A DNA stretch of 61,924 bases, the filler included, from Chiloscyllium plagiosum (Eukaryota), in assembly GCF_004010195.1 (NCBI RefSeq). It is 3 parts of one record of this genome, joined end to end, with 100 filler letters (N's around TTAATTAATTAA, not from the genome) between each part and the next. Parts side by side here need not be neighbours in the genome. Positions count along the whole stretch, not along the records: positions 49,943 to 61,924 come from NC_057710.1; 2 more parts are not named here. One strand, given 5' to 3'. Made by a program: the position numbers and the translations under genes. Each line of letters begins with the position of its first letter. Position 1 is the stretch's first letter. Positions 50,243-61,924 of this stretch are shown here, one piece after another. The notes beneath the pieces were generated by a model, which saw only the letters and a program-made list of their open reading frames with translations, did not search any database and was not told the origin of the DNA.

Positions 50243-52860
50243 TGTTTTATTTATTCATTTGTTGGATATGGGCATTGCTGACTGGCCAGCATTTATTGCT
50301 CGTCCGTAATTGCCCTCGAGAAGATGGTGGTGAGCTGCCGTCTTAATTAGCTGCAGTCCCTGTGCTATGTGTTGACCCACAATGCCATTAGGGAGGCAAT
50401 TTCAGCATTTTGACCCAATGACAGTGAAGGAACGGTGATATATTTCCAAGTTATGGTGAGGGGCTTGGAGGGGAACATGAAGGTGCAGGTGTTCCCATAT
50501 ATCTGCTGCCCAAGTCCTTCTGGATGGAAGTGATCGTGGTGTAGAAGATGGTGTCGAAGACCTCTGGTGAATTTCTGCAGTGCATCTTGTAGACAGCACA
50601 CAATGTTGCTACTAAACATGGTGTGCCATCCACAATGTGGTGGATGCATGTGGATGTAGTGCCAATCAAATGGGCTGCTTTGTCCTGCATGGTGTCAAGC
50701 TTCTTGAGTGTTTTTGGGGCTGCCCTCTCTCCACAGGATTCTCAGCCTCTGACCTGCTCTTATACACATTATGCTTACATGGTGAGACCACTTGAGTTTC
50801 TGGTCAACGATAAGCCCGAGGATGTTGATATTGGGGGATTCAATGATGGTAACACCATTGAATGTTAAGGGACGCTGGTTAGATTGTCTCTTATTGATAA
50901 TGGTCAGAGCCTGCCATTTGTGTGGCCTGAAGGTTAGTTGCCACTTTTCAGCCCAAGCCTGGATATTGTCCAGATCTTGTTGCATTTGGACAGGGACTGC
51001 TTCAGTATTTGAGGAGTTGAAAATGGTGCTGAACATTGTGCAGTCATTGGCAGACATCCCCACTTCTGACCTTATGATGCAGAGAAAGTAACTGATGAAG
51101 CAGCTGAAGGCGGTTGGACCGAGGACATGACCCTGAGGAATATCTGCAGAGATGTCCTGGAGCTGAGACGATGGACTTCCAACAATCATGTCCACAGCTA
51201 TCTTCCTATGTGTTGGATATGACTTTAACCACCAGAGAGTTTGTCCTCGGCATCCATTGATTCCAGTTTTGCTAGCAGTCCTTGATGCCACATTCGGCCA
51301 AATGTAACCTTGAGGACAACGGCTGTCACTCTCCGCTCCCCTCTGCAATTCAGCTCTTTTGTCCATGTTTGAACCAAGGTTGTAAGGAGGTCAGGAGCTA
51401 GTGGCCCTGGTGGAATCCAAACGGAGTGTCAGTGAGCATGGTATTGCTGAGCAGGTGCTGCTTGATCGCACTGTTGATGAGACCTTCCATCACTTTACTG
51501 ACAATCAAGAGTAAACTAAAGGGGTGCGAATTGGTTGGGTTTGATTTGTCCTGCTTTTTATGTACAGGATTGGGTCGATGCCAGTGTTGTAACTGTATTG
51601 GAACAGCTTGGCTAGGGGAGCAGTAGGTTCTGTTTCACAAGTCTTCAGGACTATTGCCAGAATATTGTCAGGGCTCATAGCCTCTGCAGTATCCAGGGTC
51701 TCCAACCGATTCTCGATATCATGTGGAGTGAATTAAATTGTCGGAGGACTGATAGATGTGTTGTCAGGGATCATTGGAGGAGGCCAAGATAGATCATCCA
51801 CTTGGTGCTTCCGGCTGATTATTGCTGTGGATGTTTCAGCCTTGTCCTTTGCATTGATGTGCTGAGCATTGAGGATGGGAATATTTGTGGAGCCTCCTCC
51901 TCCAGTGAACTGCTGAATCATCCACAAGCATTCGTGACTGGATGTGGTAGGACTGCGGAGCTTAGATCTGATCCGTTAGCTGTGGGATCGCTCGCAGCTT
52001 ATGCTATTTGGCATGAAAATAGTCTTGTGTTGTGGCTTCAACGGGTTGACACCTCATCTTCAGGTATACCTGATGCTGCTCCTGGCATGAGTGGGGGATA
52101 TGCCAGGCCATGAGGTTGCAGTTTGTGCTGGAGTACAATTCTGCTGCTGTTGAAGACCCACACTGCCACATGGATGCCCATTCTTGAGTTGAGAGATCCT
52201 TTTGCACGGTGATACTGTCACGCAACACAATTGTGGTTATTCTCAACATGAAGACAGGACTTTGTCTGCACAAGGGCTGTGAGGTGTCACTCTTACTGAT
52301 ACTGTCGAGGACAGATACATCTGCAGCTGGCAGATTGGTAAGGATGAGGTCAAGTATGTTTTTCCCTTTTGTTGGTTCCCTTACCACCTGCTGCAGAACA
52401 GTTCTACCTACTATGTCTTTTAGGACCTGACCAGCTCGATCAGTAGCACTGCTGCTGAGCTACGTTTGGTGGTGGATATTGAAATCCCCCACCCAGAGTA
52501 CTTTTTGTGCCTTCAGCATCCTCAGAGCTTCCTTGATGTTTTGTTCAACATGGACAAGCATGAATTCATCACCTGAGGGAGGACGGTACATGGCAATTGT
52601 AACTGAAACCATGAGACTTCATGGGGCCCAGAGACAATGTTGAGAACTCCCAGAGCAACTCCCTCCTGACAGTATACAATAGTTCTGCCACCTATGCTGT
52701 CTGTCCTGGTGGGACCAGTCATATCCAGGGACAGTGATGATGGTGTCTGTGAGATATGATTCCGTGAGTATGACTATATCAGGCTAAGGCTTAGCTATTC
52801 TCTAAGACAGCTCTCCCAATTTTGGCACAATGTTAGTAAAGAGAACTTTACAGTGTCAAG
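50243..52860 (-). mobile_element. CR1/L2-group LINE ORF2 (APE and RT) sharing its tail with the Deu SINEs
   Basis: EPTKGKNILDLILTN; IPQGHVLGPTAFSCFI; QQDLDNIQAWAEKWQ; tail agggcaatta.ggac..gcaataaatgctggcc. Confidence 0.88.
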
Positions 52861-54269
52861 AGGGCTGTTTTTGCCATTGTCTTTTCTCAAGCCTAGATTG
52901 ATGTCAACTGATCTGTCCAGTTTGATTTCTTTAAGACTTCGTATAACTTGTACAACTGATAGGTTTAGGGTGAGAGGGGAAAAAAAGAAAAGGGACCTAA
53001 GGGGTGGCTGTTTCACACAGAGGGCGGTACATGTATGGAATGAGCTGCCAGAGGAAGTGGTGGAGGCTGGTATAATTACAACATTTAAAAGGCATTTGGA
53101 TGGGTATATGAATAGGAAGCGTTTGGAGGGATATGGGTCATGTGCTGGCAGGTGGGACTAGATTGGGTTGGGATATCTGGTCAGCATGGACGAGTTGGAC
53201 CGAAGGGTCTGTTTCCATGCTGTACATCTCTATGACTGTATGAAGGGTGTGCTAGGCCATTCAGAGGACAGTTGAGAGTTAACCACATTGCTGTGGGTCT
53301 GGAGTTACATGTAGGCTAGACCAGGTATGGATGGCAGATTTCCTTTCCTGAAGTGAACCAGATGGGTTTTTCCAACAATCGACAATGGTTTTATGGTTCC
53401 CGGTAGATTCTTAATTCCAGATTTTAAAAAATTGAATTAAAAATCTACCATCTGATGTGGCAGGATTTGAACCCAGGTCTCCAGTACATTACTGAGGTCT
53501 CCACATTAATAATCTAGTGATAATACCATTAGGTAATCATGAGCCCTGAAGGAGGAGCATCAAAGGGGATGTTTGCTAATGTCACTCAGGAAGGTATAAA
53601 CCAGTGTGGGTGTGAACAGGAACAACATATTAGCAGTGAAATGACTGAGGAGGACTTAGAAACCAGGGCTAGTAAGGCCAAGAGGCAGAATAGAGGTGTG
53701 GTTACTGATCATGACAGTACTAGCAATCTGAAGTGTACTTGTTTTAACATGAACAGTAGGACAGGTATAGCCAATGAACTTGGAGCATGGATTCATACAT
53801 ATAACTATGATGTTGTAGCTACTACCGAGTCTTGGTTGAGACAGGGACAAGACTGGCAGTTTAACCTTCCGGGCTTTGGATGTTTCAGGCAAGATAGCAA
53901 GGGATAGAGAATCTCACAAATTTGATTGAGAATTTTGAGGAAGTGACAAAGGTATTATTGTTTACATGGACTTTACTAAAGGATTTGACAAGTTCCCTGA
54001 TGGTTGGCTGCTCCGGAAAATCAAATCTCATGGAATCTATGGTGAGTTGGTAAGTTGGAATACAAAATTGGCTTGGCCATAGAAAGCAGAGGATAAGGGT
54101 GGAGGGTTTTTTTTTTACTAGAGATCTGTGACTGGATGAAAATGTCGGTGATCTGATTAGTAAGTTTGCAAATGACATGAGAATTGGTGGAGCTGTGGAT
54201 CGAGAAGAAGGATATTAAAGAATTCAGCAGGATATAGATCAGCTGGAAAGTTGGGTGAAGAAATGGCAG

Positions 54270-54526
54270 AGACCCGGATTCAATCCCCACCTCAGGCGAC
54301 TGACTGTGTGGAGTTTGCACGTTCTCCCCGTGTCTGCGTGGGTTTCCTCCGGGTGCTCTGGTTTCGTCCCACAGTCCAAAAATGTGCAGGTTAGGTGAAT
54401 TGGCCATGCTAAATTACCCGTAGTGTTTGGTGAAGAGGTAAATGTAGGGGAATGGGTCTGAATGGGTTATGAGTCGGTGTGGACTTGTTGGGCCGAAGGC
54501 TGTAAGTAATCTAAAAAAAATCTAAA
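54270..54526 (+). mobile_element. HE1-type SINE nested in a CR1 fragment (about 53730-55020)
   Basis: B-box, V-domain and tail interrupt CR1 RT at the KWQ motif. Confidence 0.85.
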
Positions 54527-55194
54527 ATTGTGAAGTCAATTTTGGGAGGTCACATGCAAGAAGAAAGCAGTTCTGGTCACCACACCAGAAGAAGGATGTG
54601 GAAACTTTGGAGAGGCTGCAGAAGAGGCTAACAAGATGTTGCCTGGATTAGAGGGTAGAGCTATAAGGAGAGGTTGAACAAATTTGGATTGTTTTCACTA
54701 GTGCATCAGAGGCTGAGAGATGACCTGAAATACAACATTAAATTATGATAGGCACAGATAGGGTGGTAATCAGAGTCTCTTTGTCATGGTGGAAATGTTA
54801 AAAACTAAGGGTCATAGTTTCCTCCTCTCACCTTAAACCTTTGCTGTCAGGGCAAATAATAGAAGCGGATATGACAGCAAAGTTTAAGAGACATTTAGAC
54901 AGACACACAGACAGATGGAGAACACAGGCATATGATCCACGTGCAAGCTGGTTGGGTTAGAATAGCATCATACTTGGCACAAACATGTTGAGTTGAAGGG
55001 TGGGTTTCTGTGCTGTTCTACATTCTGTGGATGTGGCGGAATTGCGTTACTGGTTAGAGAGAATATCGCAGATGTACCAATAGAGGAGAGAGCTCACACT
55101 ACCAGAAGGATATGGCTTTAGAAAGGGTACAGAAGAGCTTTACCAGTTTGTTGCCTGGTTTGGAGGTTATTAACGGTGAATTTGATTTAGGGTC

Positions 55195-55882
55195 ACAGGA
55201 TCATAGGATGTACAGCACTGATACAGACCCTTCGGTCCGACTCGTCAATGCTGAGCAGATATCCTAAATTATTCCAGTCCCATTTGGCAGCACTTGGCCC
55301 ATATCCCTCCAAACCCTTCCTATTTATATAACCATCCATATACCTTGTAAATGTTATATTTGTACCAGCCTCCATCACTTCCACTGGCAGCTCATTCCAT
55401 ACATATAACACCCTCTGCATGAAAAAGTTGACTCTTAGGTCCCTTATAAATTTTTCCCCTCTCACCCTAAACCTATGCCCGCTAGTTCTGGACTCCCCCA
55501 CCCCATGGAAAATACCTTGTTTATTTACCTTATCCATGCCCCTCATGATTTTATAAACCTCTATAAGGTCACCCCTCAGCCTCCGAAGCTCCAGGGAAAA
55601 CAGCCCCAGCTTGTTCAGCCTCTCCCTGTGGCTCAAATCCTCCAACTCTGGCAACATCCTTGTAAATCTTTTCTGACCCTTTCAAGTTTCACAACATCCT
55701 TCCAAAAGGAAGGAGACCTGAATTGCATACAATATTCCAAGAGTGGCCTAACCACTGTCCTGTACAGCCACAACATGGCCTTCCAACTCCTATACTCTAT
55801 GCTCTGTCTGTTAAAGAAAAGCATACCAAATGCCTTCGTCACTATCCTATCTAACTGCAACTCCACTTTCAAGGAACATGCA
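55195..55882 (-). mobile_element. CR1/HER1 LINE 3' end
   Basis: VRPLLEYCMQF...LRGDLIEVYKIMRG...WNELP. Confidence 0.92.
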
Positions 55883-57615
55883 CTGATTTAGTTTGAGTTT
55901 GAATTATTGCTATCACATGTACCAAGATACAGTGAAAAGTTTTGGTTCGCATGCTAAACAGTCAGGTTGTACCATGCAAAGCGCATCAGGTTAGCAGAAT
56001 TGAGGGCAGGATACAGTGTTACAATGCAGAGAAGATGCAGAGAGAAGAGATCAAGATTAACATTTGAAAGAGGAGAGATTGAACAAACTTGGTTTGTTTT
56101 CACTTGAACATCAGAAGCTGACTGGTGACTTGATTGAAGTTTACAAACTTATGATGGGCATGGATAGAATGGATATGCAAAGTCTTTTTTTCCCCCAGGG
56201 TCAAAACAAGGGGACTTGGTTTAAGGTGAAAGGGTGAAAGTTTAAAGGAGATGTGAGAGACACAGTGTGGTGCGTGCCTGGAATGCGCTGCCAGAGGAGG
56301 TGGTAGAAGCAGACGCAATAGCAACATTTAGGAGACATCTTGACATATGCACGAAGAGACAGGCAATGTGGACTGACAGAGGCAAAAGGTTTTTTTTTGA
56401 AAAGCAGCATGTGTTGGTGCAGGCCTGAGGGATGACCTTATAGAGGTTTATAAAATCATGAGGGGCATGGATAAGGTAAATAAACACAGTTCCTCTGCTG
56501 TACTTGTTTATTTTGGGTTAACCCCGAATGAATGCTGAAAGACCATTTGATATGTGGGATTAATGACATAACCACACAGAAACACAATGGGACTTCAAAC
56601 AGCTGGCGTTGTCATGAGAAGTTGTGGGAAGTCAAGCATGGGTCATCCCAATGGAAATGGGCACTCTCACCATTTCAACTGAGCTTGGGGTATGCCATGC
56701 GAGTGTAGGCAATCGTAGAGCCTCACACAGAGCATATTCTGAGCAGAGGAACCCTAGGCCGACCCACAGCAGAACCCCATAACGAAGTTGAGCCTCAACC
56801 AAGTGGCTAAACGGCTCTTCAGGATCTGGGCCGGCAAGCCGGTATGCGGACTCAAGACAGCAAAGGAATCCTGCAAGGCCGGACTTGCGTTGAAAAACTA
56901 GGAGACTGGTACCCAGGAGATTACACACTCTGGAGGGTTCACCTACATACACATTGGAACAATTAAATTGTTTCGTGACACCCAACTCTGAGCCAATTAA
57001 AATTAACGTTTGGTTAAATGGTCACCCAGTTCCCTTGGAGTCTGATATCGGTGCAGCTGGATCTGTGGTTGCAGAAGCTGTCAGTAACAAGATTTCTCAG
57101 GGCCTCTAACCTTAGAACTTGCCCAAGACCTCAGCCAGACTGAGAACATACACCGGGGAACCATTGAAAATTAAAGGTACAACGTCAGTTTTGGTTTCCT
57201 ATGAGAAACAGTTGGTGTAGTTACCACTGATGGTAGTAAAAGGCTTGGGCTCAAGCCCATTGGGGCAGAATTGGTCAGAAGAATTCACGTTGATTGGCTC
57301 AACATTTTTTGATTGGAAAAGGAATGTCTTAATGATGCCCTAGTGAAATCATCATTATAGAATGAAATACCCAGGGGCTTTTCAAGAAGAGCTTGGGATT
57401 ATCAAAGTCACTTCACATGTTGAACAGGACGCAACTTCAAGCTTTTGCAAGGCCCACCTGGTGCCATTTGCCTTGCAGGTAAAAGTAGAGGTGGAGATCA
57501 GGAAGCGGGAAAGTGAAGGAATCATCAAACCAGTGCAGTTTGTGGAACAGGCAGCACCGGTCATATGGAACGTGAAGCTGGCAGCTTGGTCATTGTGGGG
57601 ATTTCGAGTAGACAG

Positions 57616-58092
57616 TTGAATTGAATTGAATTTATTATCACGTGTACCAAGGCAGTGAAAAACTTTGTCTTGCGAGCAATACAGACAGATCGCAAAGTAG
57701 CATAGATATTAAATAATAGGTAAACAGCAGCAAAAACAAAAACACAGGTACAGACGAATGCTAAGAGTTTGTGAGCCCATTCAGTGTTCTAACAACAGTA
57801 GGGTAGAAATGTTTTGAAACCGGCTGCTGTGCATGTTCAGGCTTCTGTACCTTCTCCCCGATGGTAGAGGTTGTAGAAAAACATTGCCAGGGTGGGATGG
57901 ATCTTTGAGAATGCTGGCGGCCTTTCCTTGACAGTGGACCTGGTAGATGGATTCTATAGATGGGAGGTTGGCCTTTGTGATTGTCCGGGCCGAGTTCACC
58001 ACTCTCTGTAACCGTCTCCGATCTTGAATGGTACAGTTGCAATACCAGGTAGTGATACATCCAGCCAGAATGCTCTCAATGGCGCATCTATA
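57616..58092 (-). mobile_element. Rex1/Babar-like LINE 3' end nested in Gypsy
   Basis: LPSIESIY...ASILKDPSHP...LPSGRRYRSL C-terminus and (TTCAA)n tail. Confidence 0.7.
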
Positions 58093-58122
58093 AGTAAACC
58101 ATTTCTTGTAGCTGGATAAATA

Positions 58123-58327
58123 GCTGAAAATGTGTTGCTGGAAAAGCGCAGCAGGTCAGGCAGCATCCAGGGAACAGGAGAATCGACGTTTCGGGCATGA
58201 GCCCTTCTTCAGGCTTATGCCCGAAACGTCGATTCTCCTGTTCCTTGGATGCTGCCTGACCTGCTGCGCTTTTCCAGCAACACATTTTCAGCTCTGATCT
58301 CCAGCATCTGCAGACCTCACTTTCTCC
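58123..58327. mobile_element. Fold-back PLE terminal-repeat insertion in Gypsy RT
   Basis: Inverted arms, 13-bp TSD agctggataaata (58110-58122, 58328-58340), hammerhead core at 58185-58212 (-). Confidence 0.9.
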
Positions 58328-58872
58328 AGCTGGATAAATACCCAATCCTTCGCATTCAGGACTTGTACGTAATGTTGGCAGGGCTGCTGTTCTTTATGTT
58401 CTTTATGAAGCAACACATGGGCCACGCCGACCTGCAGTAGTGACTGGATGAGGAATCCCAGAAGTCTGCTATAATTAATACCATTTGGCTTTATCGATAT
58501 ACAAGGCTGCCATTTGGGGTATCTTTGGCCTGCACGCTTTTCCAGTGGGCTACCCCAGATTGCCATTTATCCAAATGACATTCTATTAACAGGGAAGCAC
58601 TTGGGAGAACTTGGACGTCGTGCTTAAACATTTCTCTCAGGTAGGCGTAGGAAAAGATGTATATTCCAAGTGCCCCCCAAGTGACCTACTTGGGTCACAG
58701 AGACAACAAAATCTGGGTACCCCTTTTGGAAAAGAAAGTAAGAGTGACCAAAGGAGCCAGGGCTGTACTGGAGCTGAGGCCTTTCCTTGGGTTGGTGAAT
58801 CATTACGGAAAATTCATACGTAACCTGGCATCCACCTTTACACCCTTACACTTGCTATTGAAAGAGAATCAG

Positions 58873-60225
58873 GTGAAAGTGAGGACTGCAGATGCTGGAG
58901 ATCAGAGTCGAGAGTGTGGTGCTGGAAAAGCACAGCCAGTCAGACAGCATCCAAGGAGCATGAAGACATCACGTTTTTGGTATAAGCCTTCATCAGGAAT
59001 GAAGCTTGTGGGCTGGAGGCCAGAGAGATAAATGGGGTTGGGGGAGGGGTGCTAGGGGAAGGTAGCTGGGATGCAATAGGTAGGTGAAGGTGGGGGGGTG
59101 AAAGTGATAGGTTGGAGAGGAGGGTAGAGCAGATAGATGGGCTGAAGAGCTTCAGGGCAGAGGAGATGACCAGGGGGGTGCAATAAGAAAGAGACACGGA
59201 GATCCTTGTAGAGGGAGGAGAACTTCTTCAAGGTAGGCATCCTTGGAAGAGGCTTCGCAGTAAGGTTCATTACAAGCCCACTGACTCTAACAGCTACCTA
59301 GACTACACCTGCTCCCAGCCTACCTCATGTGAAACACCATCCCTTGTTCCCAATTCCTCTGCCTCTGCCACATCTACTCCCAGGAAGACCAATTCCACCA
59401 TAGAACATCCGAGATGGCCTCATTTTTCAAAGATCCCAATTTCCCCTCCCGCGTGTTCAACAATGCCCTCCAGTGCATCTCCTCCACTTCTGCCCTTGAA
59501 CCCCACCCCTCTATCGCAACAATGACAGAACCACTCCCTCCCCCTCCCCGTCCTCAACGTTCAACCCACCAATCTCCGGATACATCGCATCATCCTCCGC
59601 CATTTCTGCCACCTACAAACAGACTTCACCACCAGAGATATATTTCCCTCCTCACCCCTATCTGCATTTCGGAGAGACCATTCCCTCCGCGGCTCCTCTG
59701 TCAGATCCACGCCCCAACCAGCCACACCCCCACACTTGGCACCTTCCCCTCCCACCCTGTGGCTGACCCCTCTCCCACTCCGCCAAGGACATGTAGGTCC
59801 TGGGCCTCCTCCATTGCCAAGCCCTTAACCACCCAACGTCTGGGGGAAGAACACCTCATCTTCTGCCTTGGGACCCTCCAACCGCGCTGGATCAATGTGG
59901 ATTTTACCAGTTTCATTTCCCCTCCCCCCACACTATTCTAGTCCCAAGCTTCCAACTCAGCACCGCCCTCCTGACCAGTCCATCTTCCTACCCCCCTATC
60001 CGCTCCACCTTCCTCTCCAGATTATCACCTTCTCCCTCAACATCAACTACCTATCACATTGCCAGCTACCTTCCCCCTCAGCCACACCTCCCTCCCATTT
60101 ATCTCTCAGCCGCTCCTAGCCCACAAGCTTTATTCCTGATGGAGGGCTTATGCCCAAAACGTCGATTCTCCTGCTCTTTGGATGCTGCCTGACCTGCTGT
60201 GCTTTTCCAGCACCACACTCTCAAC
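58873..60225. mobile_element. PLE insertion with inverted terminal arms in Gypsy
   Basis: PLE RT-thumb remnant (YKPTDSNSYLDYT) on plus, inverted UTR arm at left, imperfect 16-bp TSD attgaaagag(aa/gg)tcag. Confidence 0.85.
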
Positions 60226-61788
60226 ATTGAAAGAGGGTCAGTCTTGGAAATGGTCACAAAGCCAAGAAGCAGCCTTTTGGGAACTGATAAAGCAGCTATC
60301 CATGGTGTTGGCCCGAAGCAAGACGTTGTGCCTCCCCGTATGGGATCGGGGTTGTACTGGCTCACCAGTGGCCCAACGGAGAGGAATGCCCAATGTCGTA
60401 TGCTTCTTGCACTTTGGCTGATGGTGAACGCAAGTATGCCCAGATAGAGAAGGAAAGTTTGATGGTCATCTTTGGCATGAGGATGTCCGATCAGTACTTT
60501 TTTTAGACAGGAGTTGATCATAGTAACAAACCACAAACCCCTGTTAGGGCTACTGAAGTGCCATCCATAGTTTACAGTAGAATTCAGGATTGCGACTGAG
60601 TATCTACACGATAGAACACCATCCAGGAAGCCAGTGGCTAATGCGGATGCCTTGAGCCACCTCCCATGGGCAGATACTCCACCAGTGGGGCCTCCCTGGG
60701 AAGAGACCATTTTGATTTTATACTCTCTGGACAGCCTTCCAGTCACCAGGCACAATATCCGACTGTGGGGACAAAACGATCCAGCGAAACTGAAACCACT
60801 GGTGGTAATGGGAGAAACACGAGGGCCATTGCAACCATGAATGAAGCCTTCTTGGATCCGGAAAGACCAGATTACTGCAAAGGAGGGCATATCACTGTGG
60901 GGAGCAAGGTTGATTGTAAATGTCGCCACTATTATACTGGCCAAACTCCACCAGGGTCATCCAGGGGTTTCCAAGATGAAGACATTGACAAGAAGCACAT
61001 CTGGTGACCAGTGGTTGATGCCAACATAGCTGCACTCATGGGGCAACAAATACCAACAAGGACAAAAATTGCCACCGGCAGCATTCCCACATTCATTGGA
61101 ATGCCGACAACATTGGTCCTTTGATGGGCTTGATGTTCCATTTTGGATGCCTATTCAAAGTGGTTGAACGTGTATAAAGTTTGTCAGCAAACTCAGGGAT
61201 GATGATTGAGAAGTTGTGCGTATTGTCCATGAAACATGGACTCCCAGACGTTTTGGCCATTTACAAGCAGGGAACTTGAATTTTTCCTGAGGTCAAATGG
61301 CATTCCGCACACAAGGACAGCTCCATACCATCTATTGTCCAATACGTTAGTGGAAACAGCGGTCCAAACGTTGAAGGCAGGCTTAAAGAGGTAGCCTACA
61401 GTGTCCATTGAGACCAAACTGTGCCAGTTCCTGTTCAATCACAGAACCACCCCACACGCAACTGGGCTAGCTCCACTGGAGCTGCTGTTGGGGAGAAGAC
61501 GTTGCACCAGGTGAAACATGGGGAGGGAAGGGTGAAATGGCAGCAGGAACACCAATGCTGGACATATGCCTCATCAAAGGGAGAGAGAGACAATCTAATT
61601 TGCGGATAATGTTTGGTGGTGGAACCATGAAAGTGGCCCTGTATGGGAACGGGACGAAGTTGACTGAGGTCAGATCCTGTGGCTTACAAAATTTGGGCAG
61701 GTGATACAGTCCAGAACAGACACGTGGATCACCCGAAAGCCGTTACTGTGCAAACAGGGCATCAGCAAAACGTACCTGGCCCCTCTTC

Positions 61789-61924
61789 AGCCAGGATTCT
61801 CGCCCACCCTCTGACGGCCCCTTCTCCCACCTCCAACACACCCCATCCACCTGGACACCCCGTGCTGGCCTCTTACCTGCCCTCGATCTCGTCATAGCCA
61901 ACTGCCGCCGCGACATTAACCGCC
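61789..61924 (+). mobile_element. PLE ORF N-terminal part, running off the window
   Basis: PFSHLQHTPSTWTPRAGLLPALDLVIANCRRDINR resembles the PLE pre-RT region. Confidence 0.6.

Larger units (their letters stand above)
56490..61788 (+). mobile_element. Decayed Ty3/Gypsy internal region (gag end, PR, RT, RH, IN)
   Basis: VWLNGHPVPLESDIGAA; QLDKYPILRIQDL; YTRLPFGVS; LRPFLGLVNHYGKFIRNLA; YAQIEKE; NHKPLLGLL; LHQGHPGVSKMK; RTAPYH..SN..VE.AVQTLK; domain order diagnostic of Gypsy. Confidence 0.92.

Noticed and set aside
60099..60944. 281-aa minus-strand ORF, the longest in the track
   Set aside because: Antisense of Gypsy RNase H/integrase running into a PLE repeat; no recognisable protein
29522..61924. 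A second host gene upstream of DDX60
   Set aside because: No convincing coding exons found; recognisable coding remnants are all transposon-derived, though small or non-coding exons cannot be excluded

Overview
Vertebrate genomic DNA, almost certainly a shark (HE1-type SINEs, HER1/CR1 LINEs and Deu-type SINEs throughout); no prokaryotic features. The one host gene is the 5' part of DDX60 (antiviral Ski2-like DExD/H helicase) on the minus strand. Seven coding exons (29131 down to 2048; 1293 nt, 431 codons) splice in frame through GT-AG introns from a CpG-island promoter at about 29.2 kb, and the gene continues off the left edge. It has an extra ~83-aa acidic, GP-repeat N-terminal exon relative to human DDX60 as I recall it. 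The rest is dense, nested mobile DNA: CR1 and L2 LINEs, a 5'-intact L1 end, Penelope-like elements (PLEs), a decayed Gypsy, a decayed Copia (GalEa-like), a decayed two-gene Harbinger, and a CpG-rich 400-bp solo LTR. The most striking recurring structure is a set of short fold-back PLE-derived insertions with 13-16 bp target-site duplications (TSDs) carrying minimal hammerhead-ribozyme cores. Three N-gaps, two with artificial TTAATTAATTAA spacers, mean contiguity across 29.4, 40.4 and 49.9 kb is unproven. Family assignments come from recalled motifs, not database searches, and most repeat boundaries are approximate.
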